Shown here: positions 11,141-20,184 of the stretch, in pieces | How positions within the stretch are numbered: position 1 is the stretch's first letter | Layout: each line of letters starts with the position of its first letter | Program-made: the position numbers and the translations under genes | NCBI GenBank assembly: GCA_963730675.1 | Contig: CAVSSY010000008.1 | Coordinates: 47,584-111,583 of the forward strand | Length of the DNA stretch: 64,000 bases | Direction: 5' to 3' | From: an uncultured delta proteobacterium | GTDB taxonomy: Bacteria > Desulfobacterota > Desulfobacteria > Desulfobacterales > UBA5852 | Notes under the pieces: generated by a model | What the model saw: only the letters and a program-made list of their open reading frames with translations | What the model was told of the DNA's origin: nothing | Databases searched by the model: none

Positions 11141-12055
11141 TCATTTTCCCCCCAGCACGAGGTACAGCAGCGCCATACGGACGGCAACACCATTGGTCAC
11201 CTGTTCCAGAATCACCGAAAAGGGGCCGTCCGCCACTTCCGGTGAGATTTCCACCCCCCTGTTTATGGGACCCGGGTGCATAATCAAGACGTCGCGCTTG
11301 GCTTGTTCCAAACGGTTTAGATTCAGACCGTAGACGTTGGCATATTCCCGTTCGCTGGGCATGAGAAAGCGCCTTTGCCGCTCTTTTTGGATCCTGAGCA
11401 TCATAATGATGTCCGCTTCGGGGATAGCGTCATCCAGGCTATCGGCAACGGTGGCCCCCATCGATTCGATACCCAGCGGCATCATGGTCGGCGGACCGGC
11501 CAGGACCACCTTTGCCCCCATTTTCTGAAAGCCGACGATATTGGAGCGTGCCACCCGGCTGTGGGCGATATCCCCGACGATAAGCAATGTCAGCCCGCTC
11601 AAACGTCCTTTCTTCTCCCTTACCGTCATCATATCCAGCAGGGCCTGGCTGGGGTGGGCATGCATACCGTCCCCGGCGTTGATCACCCTGGCCTGGCAGT
11701 GTCTGGCCAGCAGGTGCGGCGCGCCGGCGGACGAGTGGCGGATGACGATAATATCCGGCTGCATGGCTTCGATGTTGTGAACGGTGTCCAGCAAGGTTTC
11801 GCCTTTCACCACACTGCTGCTTGCTTTGGAAAACGACAGGCTGTCCGCGCTCAACCGTTTGGCGGCAATGTCAAAGGACGATTTGGTGCGGGTGCTGGGC
11901 TCATAGAAAAAATGCACCACCGTTTTACCCCTCAGGGTTGGCACCTTTTTAATGGCCCGCCGGGAAATCTCCTTCATTCGCACCGCCGTATCCAATATCT
12001 GCTTGATATCGTTCGACGATAGGGAGGCCATATCGAGAATATGCTTGTTGCGCAT
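11141..12055 (-). CDS. pyrB: aspartate carbamoyltransferase catalytic subunit
   Basis: Intact 304-aa ORF with STRTKSSF, HPSQALLD and MHPGPINRGVEI motifs. Confidence 0.95.
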   Translation of the reverse strand: MRNKHILDMASLSSNDIKQILDTAVRMKEISRRAIKKVPTLRGKTVVHFFYEPSTRTKSSFDIAAKRLSADSLSFSKASSSVVKGETLLDTVHNIEAMQPDIIVIRHSSAGAPHLLARHCQARVINAGDGMHAHPSQALLDMMTVREKKGRLSGLTLLIVGDIAHSRVARSNIVGFQKMGAKVVLAGPPTMMPLGIESMGATVADSLDDAIPEADIIMMLRIQKERQRRFLMPSEREYANVYGLNLNRLEQAKRDVLIMHPGPINRGVEISPEVADGPFSVILEQVTNGVAVRMALLYLVLGGK

Positions 12056-12275
12056 GCCTCTGGTCCTTGTGTATTAAGGAAATAAAGGGCAAGGGGTGTT
12101 CTGCACGTCGATCTGGGGGCAGACCGAAAATTTTTTCCTGGCGTCCATTGATAAACAGACGGTTAGATATCGGACTTGAGGCCGGCACCTCAGTTTAAGG
12201 CGCCGCCGTCCATTGGACAGACCGGCCGGCCAGGCGGCTGAACAATTGTACCGTCATTGCCGAACGGGTTCTGCA

Positions 12276-12957
12276 TTAGTGCAGTATTTTCCCTATTCGA
12301 TTCCACCGAACGTTGAAATCCTCGCTGTCCCATGACCAATAAATCATAAAAGCCTTGCCCCGCAGATTATCGTAAGGGACAAAACCCCAGAACCGGCTAT
12401 CGTTGCTGTTGTCGCGGTTGTCGCCCATGACGAACAGGCTGTTGGGCGGCACGGTAATCGGATCGAAATTGTCACGGGGGGGGGATCGTGTAAGGATCCT
12501 TGTGGATGGCATAGGGGTTTTGTTCGGGCTTGCCATTCACATAGACTTGCTTATTGTGTTCCTCGACCACATCACCAGGTATGCCCACCACGCGCTTGAT
12601 ATAATCCACCTTCGGGTCGCCTGGAAATTTAAAGACGACAATATCGCCCCGCCGGGGTTCTTTGATCGGGATCAGCGTCTGGTTGGTGAAGGGCATCCGA
12701 ATGCCGTAGATAAACTTATTGACCAGGATATGGTCCCCGATGAGCAGGGTATTCTCCATTGAACCGGATGGAATTTTGAAGGCCTGGACGATAAACGTGC
12801 GGATGAAAAGGGCCAGCAGAATTGCCAGCAGGATGGCTTCAACATTCTCCCTGATACGGGATTTCTTTTTCGGGTCAGCGTTGTTTTCATGAACTAGGGC
12901 TTTGGCTTTCAATCTGTTGAAGATCCTTCCGTAAAAGTCTGATTGTCTCTTCTTCAA
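12276..12957 (-). pseudogene. lepB: signal peptidase I, frameshifted inside the G9 run 12476-12484
   Basis: IPSGSMENTLLIGDHILVNK...GDIVVFKFP...YIKRVVGIPGD lies in ORF 12472..13032. [19 protein letters not shown] lies in ORF 12276..12536. The junction is the Pro-Pro-Pro homopolymer. The start is uncertain (TTG at 12957 proposed). Confidence 0.85.
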
Positions 12958-12970
12958 GGGGTTAATGTCG

Positions 12971-13432
12971 TTACGCCAGCAACCAGTTGCCCGTGCGTAT
13001 CGCGAGGTTGGCCAGAATCCCGGCCGCCACATCGTCCATTACGATCCCGATCCCCCCTTTGACGTGCCTGTCCAGCCATCCCACGGGAAACGGCTTTAGA
13101 ATATCCAATAGGCGAAACAAAATGAAGACGATAGCGGCAATCGGAGCGTTGAAGGGCAGTCCTGCACCGGCAATCAGAATACCGGCGATTTCATCGATGA
13201 CGATACAGCCGGGATCTTTGGCACCCAAAATGTGTTCGGCTTTATGCGCCACCCATACCGCCAGCGCGCAGAATGCCAGAAGAAACATCGCCAACAGGCT
13301 GCCGGACCACCCGGATACCCCCCACACCAGGACCAGACCCAGCAGGGATCCGAAAGTACCCGGTGCCAGGGGGAGCTTTCCTACCCCTAAGCCTGTGGCC
13401 AGCAAGAGAATCCCGCGCTCGTGGAAAAGCAT
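12971..13432 (-). CDS. pgpA: phosphatidylglycerophosphatase A
   Basis: 153-aa ORF with GLGVGKLPLAPGTFGSL and IVIDEIAG blocks typical of PgpA. Confidence 0.85.
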   Translation of the reverse strand: MLFHERGILLLATGLGVGKLPLAPGTFGSLLGLVLVWGVSGWSGSLLAMFLLAFCALAVWVAHKAEHILGAKDPGCIVIDEIAGILIAGAGLPFNAPIAAIVFILFRLLDILKPFPVGWLDRHVKGGIGIVMDDVAAGILANLAIRTGNWLLA

Positions 13433-13463
13433 GGCCCGTCTCTATATCCAGCGTTAGTATTTG

Positions 13464-14709
13464 TCAATGATCAGTTGCCGGGGGGAGCAGGGCCGCCGCC
13501 GCCTCTGGGGCTTCTCTGGCGATTTGTTCATAAACGCGGCGTATGGGCAGGCCCTGCGCGCGGGCCACACGGCGACAGTCCTCGAATTCAGGCACCCAGC
13601 GTATTTCCCCGTCGGGCAAGGTGATTTTTTTAACGGTTACGCGGCCCACCGACAATGCCATGGTGATCGCTTCTCTGGGCAGCATCCAGCGTTGGGCCGA
13701 AGAAACGCGCATGCCGATGGTGGTCGTTTCCTTGAACAGGATATCGCGCAGGGTGGCAAGCTGGGGCGTGTGGCATAACACCTGCACCAGGGTGGCCGGT
13801 CGGTTCTTCTTCATGTAGACCGGGATCCAGTAGACATCCACCGCGCCGCCGTCAAAGAGCGCTTCCATTAAATAGCTGAAAATTTCCGGGTTCATGTCGT
13901 CGATGGTGGTCTCGATCACGTGAACCGTATCGGTCAGACAGTCGCTCTCTGAACCACGACGGTCCGTAGGAGCGCTTCCCATGACGATCCGCAGCAGGTT
14001 GGGATGGGAAGAATACTCCCGGTGCCCGGCACCGTAACCGATCGATGATACGGACATGGCAGGGATCGGACCGAAGGTTTTGCCCAGGGTGGCGATAATA
14101 GCCGCACCGGTGGGCGTGACCAACTCCCCCTCCACCGCCATGCCGTATACGGGTATGTCTTTCAGGATGGCCAGGGTTGCTGGTGCCGGCAGGGGCAATC
14201 GGCCGTGGTGACAGTCCACAAACCCGTGCCCCTGGGGCAGCGCGGATGCTTCTACCCGGCTGATGCCTAAGATAGTCGAGGCACAAGCAGCAGCCCACGA
14301 TGTCGAGAATGGCATCCACCGCCCCCACTTCGTGAAAACGAACCGCCTCGATGGAACATCCGTGGATGCCGGCTTCGGCAGACGCCAGTCGATTAAAAAT
14401 AGACAAGGCCGATGCCTTGACGGAATCGGGCAGACCACTCTTGTCGATCATCTGGCGTATGTCGGAAAGAGCTCGGTGCGAATGGGCTTCAGGTACCTGA
14501 ATATCGCACAGGGTGGCACGAATGCCGTGCCGTTCGACCGGAGTGACCTTGATCGTGAAAGGCTCGATGGGCAATCGGGAAAGATCGTGCCGCAACCGTT
14601 CGACCGGGACCCCTGAATCAATAAAGGCCCCCAGGGTCATATCCCCGCTGATCCCTGAAAAGCAGTCAAAGTAGGCCAGCACGCGGCAACTCCTTCCTTT
14701 TGGGAACAA
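13464..14709 (-). pseudogene. larC: nickel-pincer cofactor biosynthesis / nickel insertion protein LarC (DUF111), frameshifted near 14270-14285
   Basis: AYFDCFSGISGDMTLGAFIDSG...FHEVGAVDAILDIVG is in ORF 13852..14709. LGISRVEASALPQGHGFVDCHHGRLPLPAPAT...VTPTGAAI... is in ORF 13464..14438. Confidence 0.8.
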
Positions 14710-14714
14710 AAATC

Positions 14715-15869
14715 CTAGGGTTGATACTGTTCGGCATCTTCATGGTAGAGCGCCGTTAGTTCGAGCGCCATTTCACAAGCGCGCACCATATCCTGCAGCT
14801 CAACGTACTCACGCACCGAATGCACATCCGTCATGCCGGTGCCTAAAACGCCGGTGAAGATGCCCTGTTGAAAAAACACATTGGCATCCGAACCGCCACC
14901 GGCTACCTGCAAACTGATGGAACGGTTCAGGCGCTCGGCCGCTTTAAAGGCCATCCGCACGACAGCATGGTCATCCGGTATGTGCGTCCGTTTGAAATCC
15001 GGATGGACATCGACCGTTACATAGGGTCGGTCATCATCGCCCCTGTCGGGATATTGAACGGCCGCCATTTGAAAGGCATCGATCATCCGCTGGGTCACGG
15101 CGTCCAGTTTAGCGTCGTCATGGCTGCGCACTTCGCCATCCACTTCGACCTGTTTCGGGACGATGTTGGTGGCATCCCCGCCGTGTATGACGCCCAGGTT
15201 GCAGGTGGTTTCCGCGTCCAGTCTTCCCAGCTCGAGAGTCGCAATGGCTTTGGCCGCCACCAGAATGGCATTGATCCCTTTTTCGGGGGTCGATCCTGCA
15301 TGAGCATCCCGGCCCACAACGGTAAATTTGAGTCGGTTGGCAGAGGGCGCCCGGGTTACAAGACCTCCCGGATCACGGGTATCCAGTACATAGCCGTGAC
15401 GGGCCGAGATCAAGGACCAGTCCAAATGTTTAGCGCCCAGGAGGCCGATTTCTTCACAGGTTGAAAAAACGAACTCCAAAGGGGGATGCGGCCTGCCGGA
15501 TTCCTTGAGCACCCGCAACACTTCGATTAGGATGGCAAGGGCGCTTTTGTCGTCAGCCCCGAGGATGGTCGTGCCGTCGCTGGTAATGCGGCCATTGTTC
15601 AAAACAGGCTTGATCCCGCGCCCGGGTTCGACCGTGTCCATGTGGGCACTAAACAAAAGGGGCGATGCGACGGTGTGTCCTTTAAGGCTGGCGATCAGAT
15701 TGCCGGTATCGCTGCCGGTCCGGGCGGCTGATCCATCGAAAACGGTTTGGGCGCCCAAGGACGTCAGCAGGTCCTGCAGATAGGCGGCCACCCGCCCCTC
15801 CTCGCGTGAAACACTGTCAATCCGCACGAGGTCCATGAAGGTTTGAACCATACGCTGGTCGTTGATCAC
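14715..15869 (-). CDS. M20/M25/M40 family metallopeptidase (PepT-like tripeptidase)
   Basis: Intact 384-aa ORF with SAHMDTVEPG, GADDKSA and TCEEIGLLGAK metal-ligand blocks. Confidence 0.8.
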   Translation of the reverse strand: MINDQRMVQTFMDLVRIDSVSREEGRVAAYLQDLLTSLGAQTVFDGSAARTGSDTGNLIASLKGHTVASPLLFSAHMDTVEPGRGIKPVLNNGRITSDGTTILGADDKSALAILIEVLRVLKESGRPHPPLEFVFSTCEEIGLLGAKHLDWSLISARHGYVLDTRDPGGLVTRAPSANRLKFTVVGRDAHAGSTPEKGINAILVAAKAIATLELGRLDAETTCNLGVIHGGDATNIVPKQVEVDGEVRSHDDAKLDAVTQRMIDAFQMAAVQYPDRGDDDRPYVTVDVHPDFKRTHIPDDHAVVRMAFKAAERLNRSISLQVAGGGSDANVFFQQGIFTGVLGTGMTDVHSVREYVELQDMVRACEMALELTALYHEDAEQYQP

Positions 15870-15935
15870 GGTGCGATCTTCTCCTTATGTAATTGACAAA
15901 CAGGATAGCGGCCCGTTATAACACCCAACAATTGC

Positions 15936-16033
15936 GGAAGTGCGCAGCTACCTGGTGGGGCTCCCGGGCTTCAAACCCGGTGTGGGGCGTTAAAACCGTC
16001 CCGGGTGGGTTCGATTCCCATGCACTTCCGCCA
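15936..16033 (+). tRNA. selC: tRNA-Sec (anticodon UCA)
   Basis: 8-bp acceptor stem GGAAGTGC/GCACTTCC, then G and CCA. Anticodon arm CCGGG-CTTCAAA-CCCGG. Long variable arm GGGGCG-TTAAAAC-CGTCCC. T-arm GTGGG-TTCGATT-CCCAT. Length 98 nt, followed by a T9 run. Confidence 0.9.
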
Positions 16034-16434
16034 TTTTTTTTTGGAATCATTTAGGATTTTCCGCCACCCGACCCTTTGGGTCCCTCGCGGTTTTCCCTCC
16101 GGTCGTTCCCATGAAGTCGCTGGGGTTGTTATTAAAAACCGTCCGAAATTAGCACATACAACCCAGGATAACAACAAACGCCGTTGAGCCGGTGTTACCG
16201 ATTTCACGACGGTCTAAGACAGAAGTTCGCGGTTGAAATTCCATTCTATTTTGAGGTTCCCTCATCGTCCGTAGCTTATACAATTCTATGTTGACGATTC
16301 AGCATTCAGAGGGTGATCGTCGCTTCCCTTCCACGGCATTATACATACCGCTATCACATTCTCTTCAGTCGTTCTCGCGAGGCTATGAACAAACCATAGG
16401 CCATCGGATGCCCCAAACGCCGTGCACTACTCTT

Positions 16435-18003
16435 TCAGGATTTGCCCTCCAGTGCAGCACGGCCCGGCAGGAGGAGCACCAGGGGAATGGTGCTTAGAAA
16501 AAGAAGACCGAAGAGCCATGAAACATCATTATAGGCCTGCATGGTCGCCTGCATGTTCACCATCCTATTCGCAAGAGCCACGACCGCATGCTGCATGCTC
16601 TGGGCTGTGAGTCCTGCGTGTCCCAGCAGATGGGCTGCAGCGCGGTGGAATTCGGAAAAAATGGGATTGAAGGGATTGACGTGCTCGACCAGGTAGGCAC
16701 GATGGATCTGCTGGCCGCGCGCTACCATAGTGGCGGCCAGCGCGTAACCGATGTTGCCGCCGATCCGGCGCGCCAGGGTATAGATGCTTGCGGCATCGGT
16801 CATATCCGACCGTGGCACGGTGCCCAGGGAAAGCGTGCTCAGGGTGACGAACATAAACGGCATGCCGATCCCCATGATCAGCAAGGTGGGCACGAGGTTC
16901 CAAAACCCCGCCGCAAGCGAAAGCCCCGCCAGATCATAATAGGACCAGAAAGTGACCCCCACCCCGACCAGCACCAGGATCCGCGCATCGACGTGGTTGT
17001 AGAGCCGGCCCACGACGGGCATGCAGAGCAACAGCATGAAAGCCCGCGGGGCCAGGACCAATCCGGCCTGGAAGGCAGGATACCCCAGCAGATCCTGCGT
17101 GAACTGCGGCAGAATGAACGTGGTGCCGAAGAGCGCAACGCCGAAAATAATCCCCATGGCCGATCCGAGCGCGAGTGGCAAATTGCGCAAGATCCGGAAG
17201 TTGATCACCGGCTCGGCCGCTTTCAACTCCCAGTAGATCAGAGCGATCAGGGCGGCGACACAGATCACGGTCCCGAAGGAGATCAGCCGCGAATCAAACC
17301 AGTTCTCGCGCTGACCGCGTTCCAGAACGACCTGCATGGTGGTGAGCGCGACGGCCAGCAAGCTGATGCCAATCCAGTCGATTTTCCTTACGCCCCGGCG
17401 CAGATAAGACGGGTCATGGACGAAAGCGCCGACCATGTAGATCCCGATGATACTTACCGGAATGTTGATAAAAAAAATCCATGGCCAGCCGTAGTTGTCC
17501 GTCAGCCAGCCCCCCACAATGGGCCCGATGGCGGGCGCCAGAACGACCCCCATACCGAAGATGGCCATGGCCATCCCCTGCTCCTCCTGGGGAAAGGATT
17601 CCCGCAGAATGGCCTGGGAGACGGGGATCAACGAACCTCCGCCAAGGCCCTGCAGAACCCGATAGCATAGCATTTGGGGAAACGTCACCGCCGTGCCGCA
17701 GAGAACGGACCCCAGTGTAAATATCCCAAAGGACCACAAATAAAGACGTTTACGGCCAATCAATGTGCTGAACCAACCGGCCATTGTGACCATGATAATT
17801 TCCGCGATGCTGTAAGCCGTTGCCACCCAGGTGATGGACGACAGATCTTCAGAAAAGGTACCCATCATGTGCGGCATGGCCACGTTGACGACGCTGATGT
17901 CCATGACCGCGATAAACGCACCGAACATGACGGTAACGGCCATCAGCCATTTGTTGACGTGGATGATCGGGGCGGGATCGGCTTTTGCGGAGGGACCTGT
18001 CAT
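16435..18003 (-). CDS. MFS transporter, DHA2 (14-TMS EmrB/QacA-type) drug efflux permease
   Basis: Intact 522-aa ORF with 14 predicted TMS. It has the typical N-terminus (VAVTVMFGAFIAVMDISVVNVAMP) and a 4-nt overlap with the upstream HlyD gene. Confidence 0.85.
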   Translation of the reverse strand: MTGPSAKADPAPIIHVNKWLMAVTVMFGAFIAVMDISVVNVAMPHMMGTFSEDLSSITWVATAYSIAEIIMVTMAGWFSTLIGRKRLYLWSFGIFTLGSVLCGTAVTFPQMLCYRVLQGLGGGSLIPVSQAILRESFPQEEQGMAMAIFGMGVVLAPAIGPIVGGWLTDNYGWPWIFFINIPVSIIGIYMVGAFVHDPSYLRRGVRKIDWIGISLLAVALTTMQVVLERGQRENWFDSRLISFGTVICVAALIALIYWELKAAEPVINFRILRNLPLALGSAMGIIFGVALFGTTFILPQFTQDLLGYPAFQAGLVLAPRAFMLLLCMPVVGRLYNHVDARILVLVGVGVTFWSYYDLAGLSLAAGFWNLVPTLLIMGIGMPFMFVTLSTLSLGTVPRSDMTDAASIYTLARRIGGNIGYALAATMVARGQQIHRAYLVEHVNPFNPIFSEFHRAAAHLLGHAGLTAQSMQHAVVALANRMVNMQATMQAYNDVSWLFGLLFLSTIPLVLLLPGRAALEGKS

Positions 18004-19391
18004 GATGCCGGCGCCGATCCAATCTTTATCTGGTGCGACCGGTTATTGTTCAAAGCATCTTCGTGAACCCTGTCCTTACGCCCTTCGGCACTGACATCCA
18101 CCTCCGGCACCACCGACATTCCCGGGGCCAGGAAGGCTTGGGCGGTCTCTTTAGACTGATTGAAGACAATCTTGACCGGCACCCGCTGGACAACCTTGAC
18201 ATAGTTGCCGGTAGCATTTTCCGGCGGCAGGAGGCTGAAGCGGGCCCCGGTACCGCGTTGGATGCTGTCCACATGGCCATGAAAGGCCAGGTCCGGGTAG
18301 GCGTCCACCGTAATTTCGACCGGCTGACCGGGCCGCATGCGGGTGAGCTGGGTTTCTTTGAAATTGGCCGTAACCCATACCTCGCGGGGCACAATCGCCA
18401 GAATCGATTGCCCCGCCTGCACGAACTGACCCGGCTCAATGCTCTTTTTGGTCACAAAACCGCCGGTCGGCGCATAAATTTTTGTATAGGACAGCTCCAG
18501 GCGGGCTTGCGCCATTTCAGCCCCGGCCCTCTCCCTATCAGCACGGGACACATTGGCCTGGGAGCGGCTCTGCTGGATCCGCTGCGGTGCGGACTGAGCT
18601 GCAACCAGACGCGCCTGGGCCTGGCGAAGCTGGGCCCTCGAGGCTGTCAGAACGGCTGCGGCCTCCCGCACCTTTGCCTGTTGCGTTTTGACCTTCTTGC
18701 GGGCGGCCGCCAGGTCAGCCGCGGCAATCTGCTCGGCGGCTAGGACGTGGTCCAATTCCTGGGCCGAAACCGCCTGCGTTTTGGCGACCTGGCGATAGCG
18801 CTCCAGATCCACAGCGTCACGGTGATGCCGCACACGGGCCGCATCGGTTTCGGCGCCGGCCTGGTCAAGTGCCGCCTGGGCCAGGCCCAACCGAGCCTCA
18901 GATTCCTGAACCGCGGCTTCCGCGGCCGTCACCCCTTCCCTGGCCTCATCCTGCTCCGCTGTGGCGGTGATCCGGGTCAGCTCCACGGCGAGGTTCCGCA
19001 CCCGATCAGCGGCCATAGCGGCTTTAAAAGCAGCCGCAGCCGCATCGAAGCGCGTTTGGAAATCGCGAGGATCCAACTCCACCAGCAAATCGCCGGCCTC
19101 GACCCATTGATTGTCGCTCACGCAGACCTTGACCACGTGTCCGTTCACCCTCGGGCTGAGGGGGACAATATTGCCATCGATAAAGGCATCGTCGGAAGCT
19201 TCATGCGATCTCGCATAAATGAATTCGGATACGGCGAAAGCCAATGCCGCCAGGAGCACAATACCGGCCGTGCCCCACAGAAGGATTTTTTTTCGGCCCG
19301 AATTCCCCTTGTGCTCCCCGAGGGTCTCGGCCTGCACGGCCGATGTCTTTGCGCCTGAATCACCTGTTCTAATTGAGTTCGTTTCGGTCAC
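18000..19391 (-). CDS. HlyD-family membrane fusion protein (EmrA-like)
   Basis: 463 aa with an N-terminal TM anchor, a lipoyl-like half (VSDNQWVEAGDLLVELD), a long Ala/Gln-rich coiled coil, and a beta-barrel half (YTKIYAPTGGFV). Confidence 0.85.
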   Translation of the reverse strand: MTETNSIRTGDSGAKTSAVQAETLGEHKGNSGRKKILLWGTAGIVLLAALAFAVSEFIYARSHEASDDAFIDGNIVPLSPRVNGHVVKVCVSDNQWVEAGDLLVELDPRDFQTRFDAAAAAFKAAMAADRVRNLAVELTRITATAEQDEAREGVTAAEAAVQESEARLGLAQAALDQAGAETDAARVRHHRDAVDLERYRQVAKTQAVSAQELDHVLAAEQIAAADLAAARKKVKTQQAKVREAAAVLTASRAQLRQAQARLVAAQSAPQRIQQSRSQANVSRADRERAGAEMAQARLELSYTKIYAPTGGFVTKKSIEPGQFVQAGQSILAIVPREVWVTANFKETQLTRMRPGQPVEITVDAYPDLAFHGHVDSIQRGTGARFSLLPPENATGNYVKVVQRVPVKIVFNQSKETAQAFLAPGMSVVPEVDVSAEGRKDRVHEDALNNNRSHQIKIGSAPAS

Positions 19392-19956
19392 GGCTCGCTC
19401 ATCTGTGATTTATTTGTGGATATGATGCTTTTCCGCTGCAAGTCCAACCGAGAAATACGGGTTCAATCGGCCTGTCACACGCAAAAGCGTCAAATAGTCG
19501 ATATGCCGTTGCTGCTGCGTTTCGCAATCCGCGCGGCCTACCCCCTGAGATTTTCAATGGCCTGAATCATCGTACTGCGTTTGGTGACAAGCTGCCCTTC
19601 AATCAGGGCTTGAAGCCAGGCTTCTCCGGTCATGCGCAGTTGTTCGCTGTTCGCATTGGCCAACTTCAGGGCGCCGGTAAGCCTTGTCGCGATGCGTGCT
19701 GAGTATCGCATGCCGATGGTAATTGGCAAGAACGCAAATATTTTTAGTAGACACTGATGACCCGATTACCCCTCTGTTCCGCCCTCGTTACCGCTGCCAT
19801 CCTCATTCGTTGACGTCCATGGGCGAATTCCACGTTGCCTTCCGCGCATAGGATACGATCGGCCCGCATGCGGTATCAGACCGATTTTTCACTTGTATTC
19901 TTACCTTTCTTAATGTAATATTTCTTACATTATATTTTTCTTCTTTTATTATTTTT

Positions 19957-19976
19957 ATTTATTTATTTATTTATTT
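19957..19976. repeat. (ATTT)5 microsatellite inside an extremely AT-rich tract
   Basis: Read directly from the sequence. By my count only 7 of the 100 nt in 19911-20010 are G or C. Confidence 0.9.
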
Positions 19977-19989
19977 TTAAATTTTTTAC

Positions 19990-20026
19990 TTGATTTAATT
20001 TTTTATTTATTGTTGTAATTCTTACA
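19990..20026 (+). promoter_or_regulatory. sigma-70-like promoter (TTGATT-18 nt-TGTAAT) placing +1 on the A of the RHH ATG; overlaps the palindrome TGTAATTCTTACA
   Basis: The -35 is at 19990-19995 and the -10 at 20014-20019, with the ATG at 20026 and no Shine-Dalgarno. The inverted repeat 20014-20026 is related to AATGTAA-N6-TTACATT at 19912-19931 and to TGTATTCTTAC at 19894-19904. Confidence 0.45.
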
Positions 20027-20184
20027 TGGCTCAGAAAAAGACATTTTCCACCCGAGTGGATGAAAGCCGAATCAAAGCGTTGAAGCATCTCGCTGTGGAT
20101 ACGGATAAATCGCTTGGTGTTCTATTGGAGGAGGCGATCGCAGACCTGGTGCGCAAATACGAAAAGAAAGGAATCAGACCATGA
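20026..20184 (+). CDS. ribbon-helix-helix (CopG/Arc-like) DNA-binding protein, 52 aa (not in the ORF track)
   Basis: My translation is MAQKKTFSTRVDESRIKALKHLAVDTDKSLGVLLEEAIADLVRKYEKKGIRP, which fits a beta-strand, helix, helix pattern. The TGA overlaps the ATG of the next gene (ATGA). Confidence 0.6.
   Translation: MAQKKTFSTRVDESRIKALKHLAVDTDKSLGVLLEEAIADLVRKYEKKGIRP

Noticed and set aside
10204-11283. 359-aa plus-strand ORF
   Set aside because: It is entirely antisense to the well-supported pyrC gene. Its composition is R/G/P/H-rich with no motifs, typical of spurious open frames in GC-rich DNA.
12056-12080. PyrR-binding-like sequence (GGACCAGAGGC) just upstream of pyrB
   Set aside because: It matches the UCCAGAGAGG core only partially and overlaps the ribosome-binding site. 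No anti-terminator/terminator pair and no pyrR gene are visible.
1056-14709. Split ORF pairs as UGA-containing selenoprotein genes, prompted by the tRNA-Sec gene
   Set aside because: For every split pair I checked (methyltransferase, VKOR-DsbA, pyrC, lepB, larC, argG), the two halves are in different reading frames. These are frameshifts, not in-frame UGA.
16588-17670. 360-aa plus-strand ORF
   Set aside because: It is antisense to the intact 14-TMS MFS transporter. It is hydrophilic, low-complexity (D/R/G/P/Q) sequence with no motifs.
19538-19729. 63-aa ORF divergent from the RHH gene, which I briefly considered as a second RHH/antitoxin-like protein
   Set aside because: It has a TTG start, no Shine-Dalgarno before either the TTG or the internal ATG, and only a vague strand-helix-helix resemblance. 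The evidence is too weak to annotate.
19940-20010. A/T-rich tandem repeats considered as a CRISPR-like or origin-like (DUE) array
   Set aside because: The only repeat is a 4-nt microsatellite and short T/A runs. There is no repeat-spacer periodicity, no DnaA boxes and no cas or replication genes nearby.
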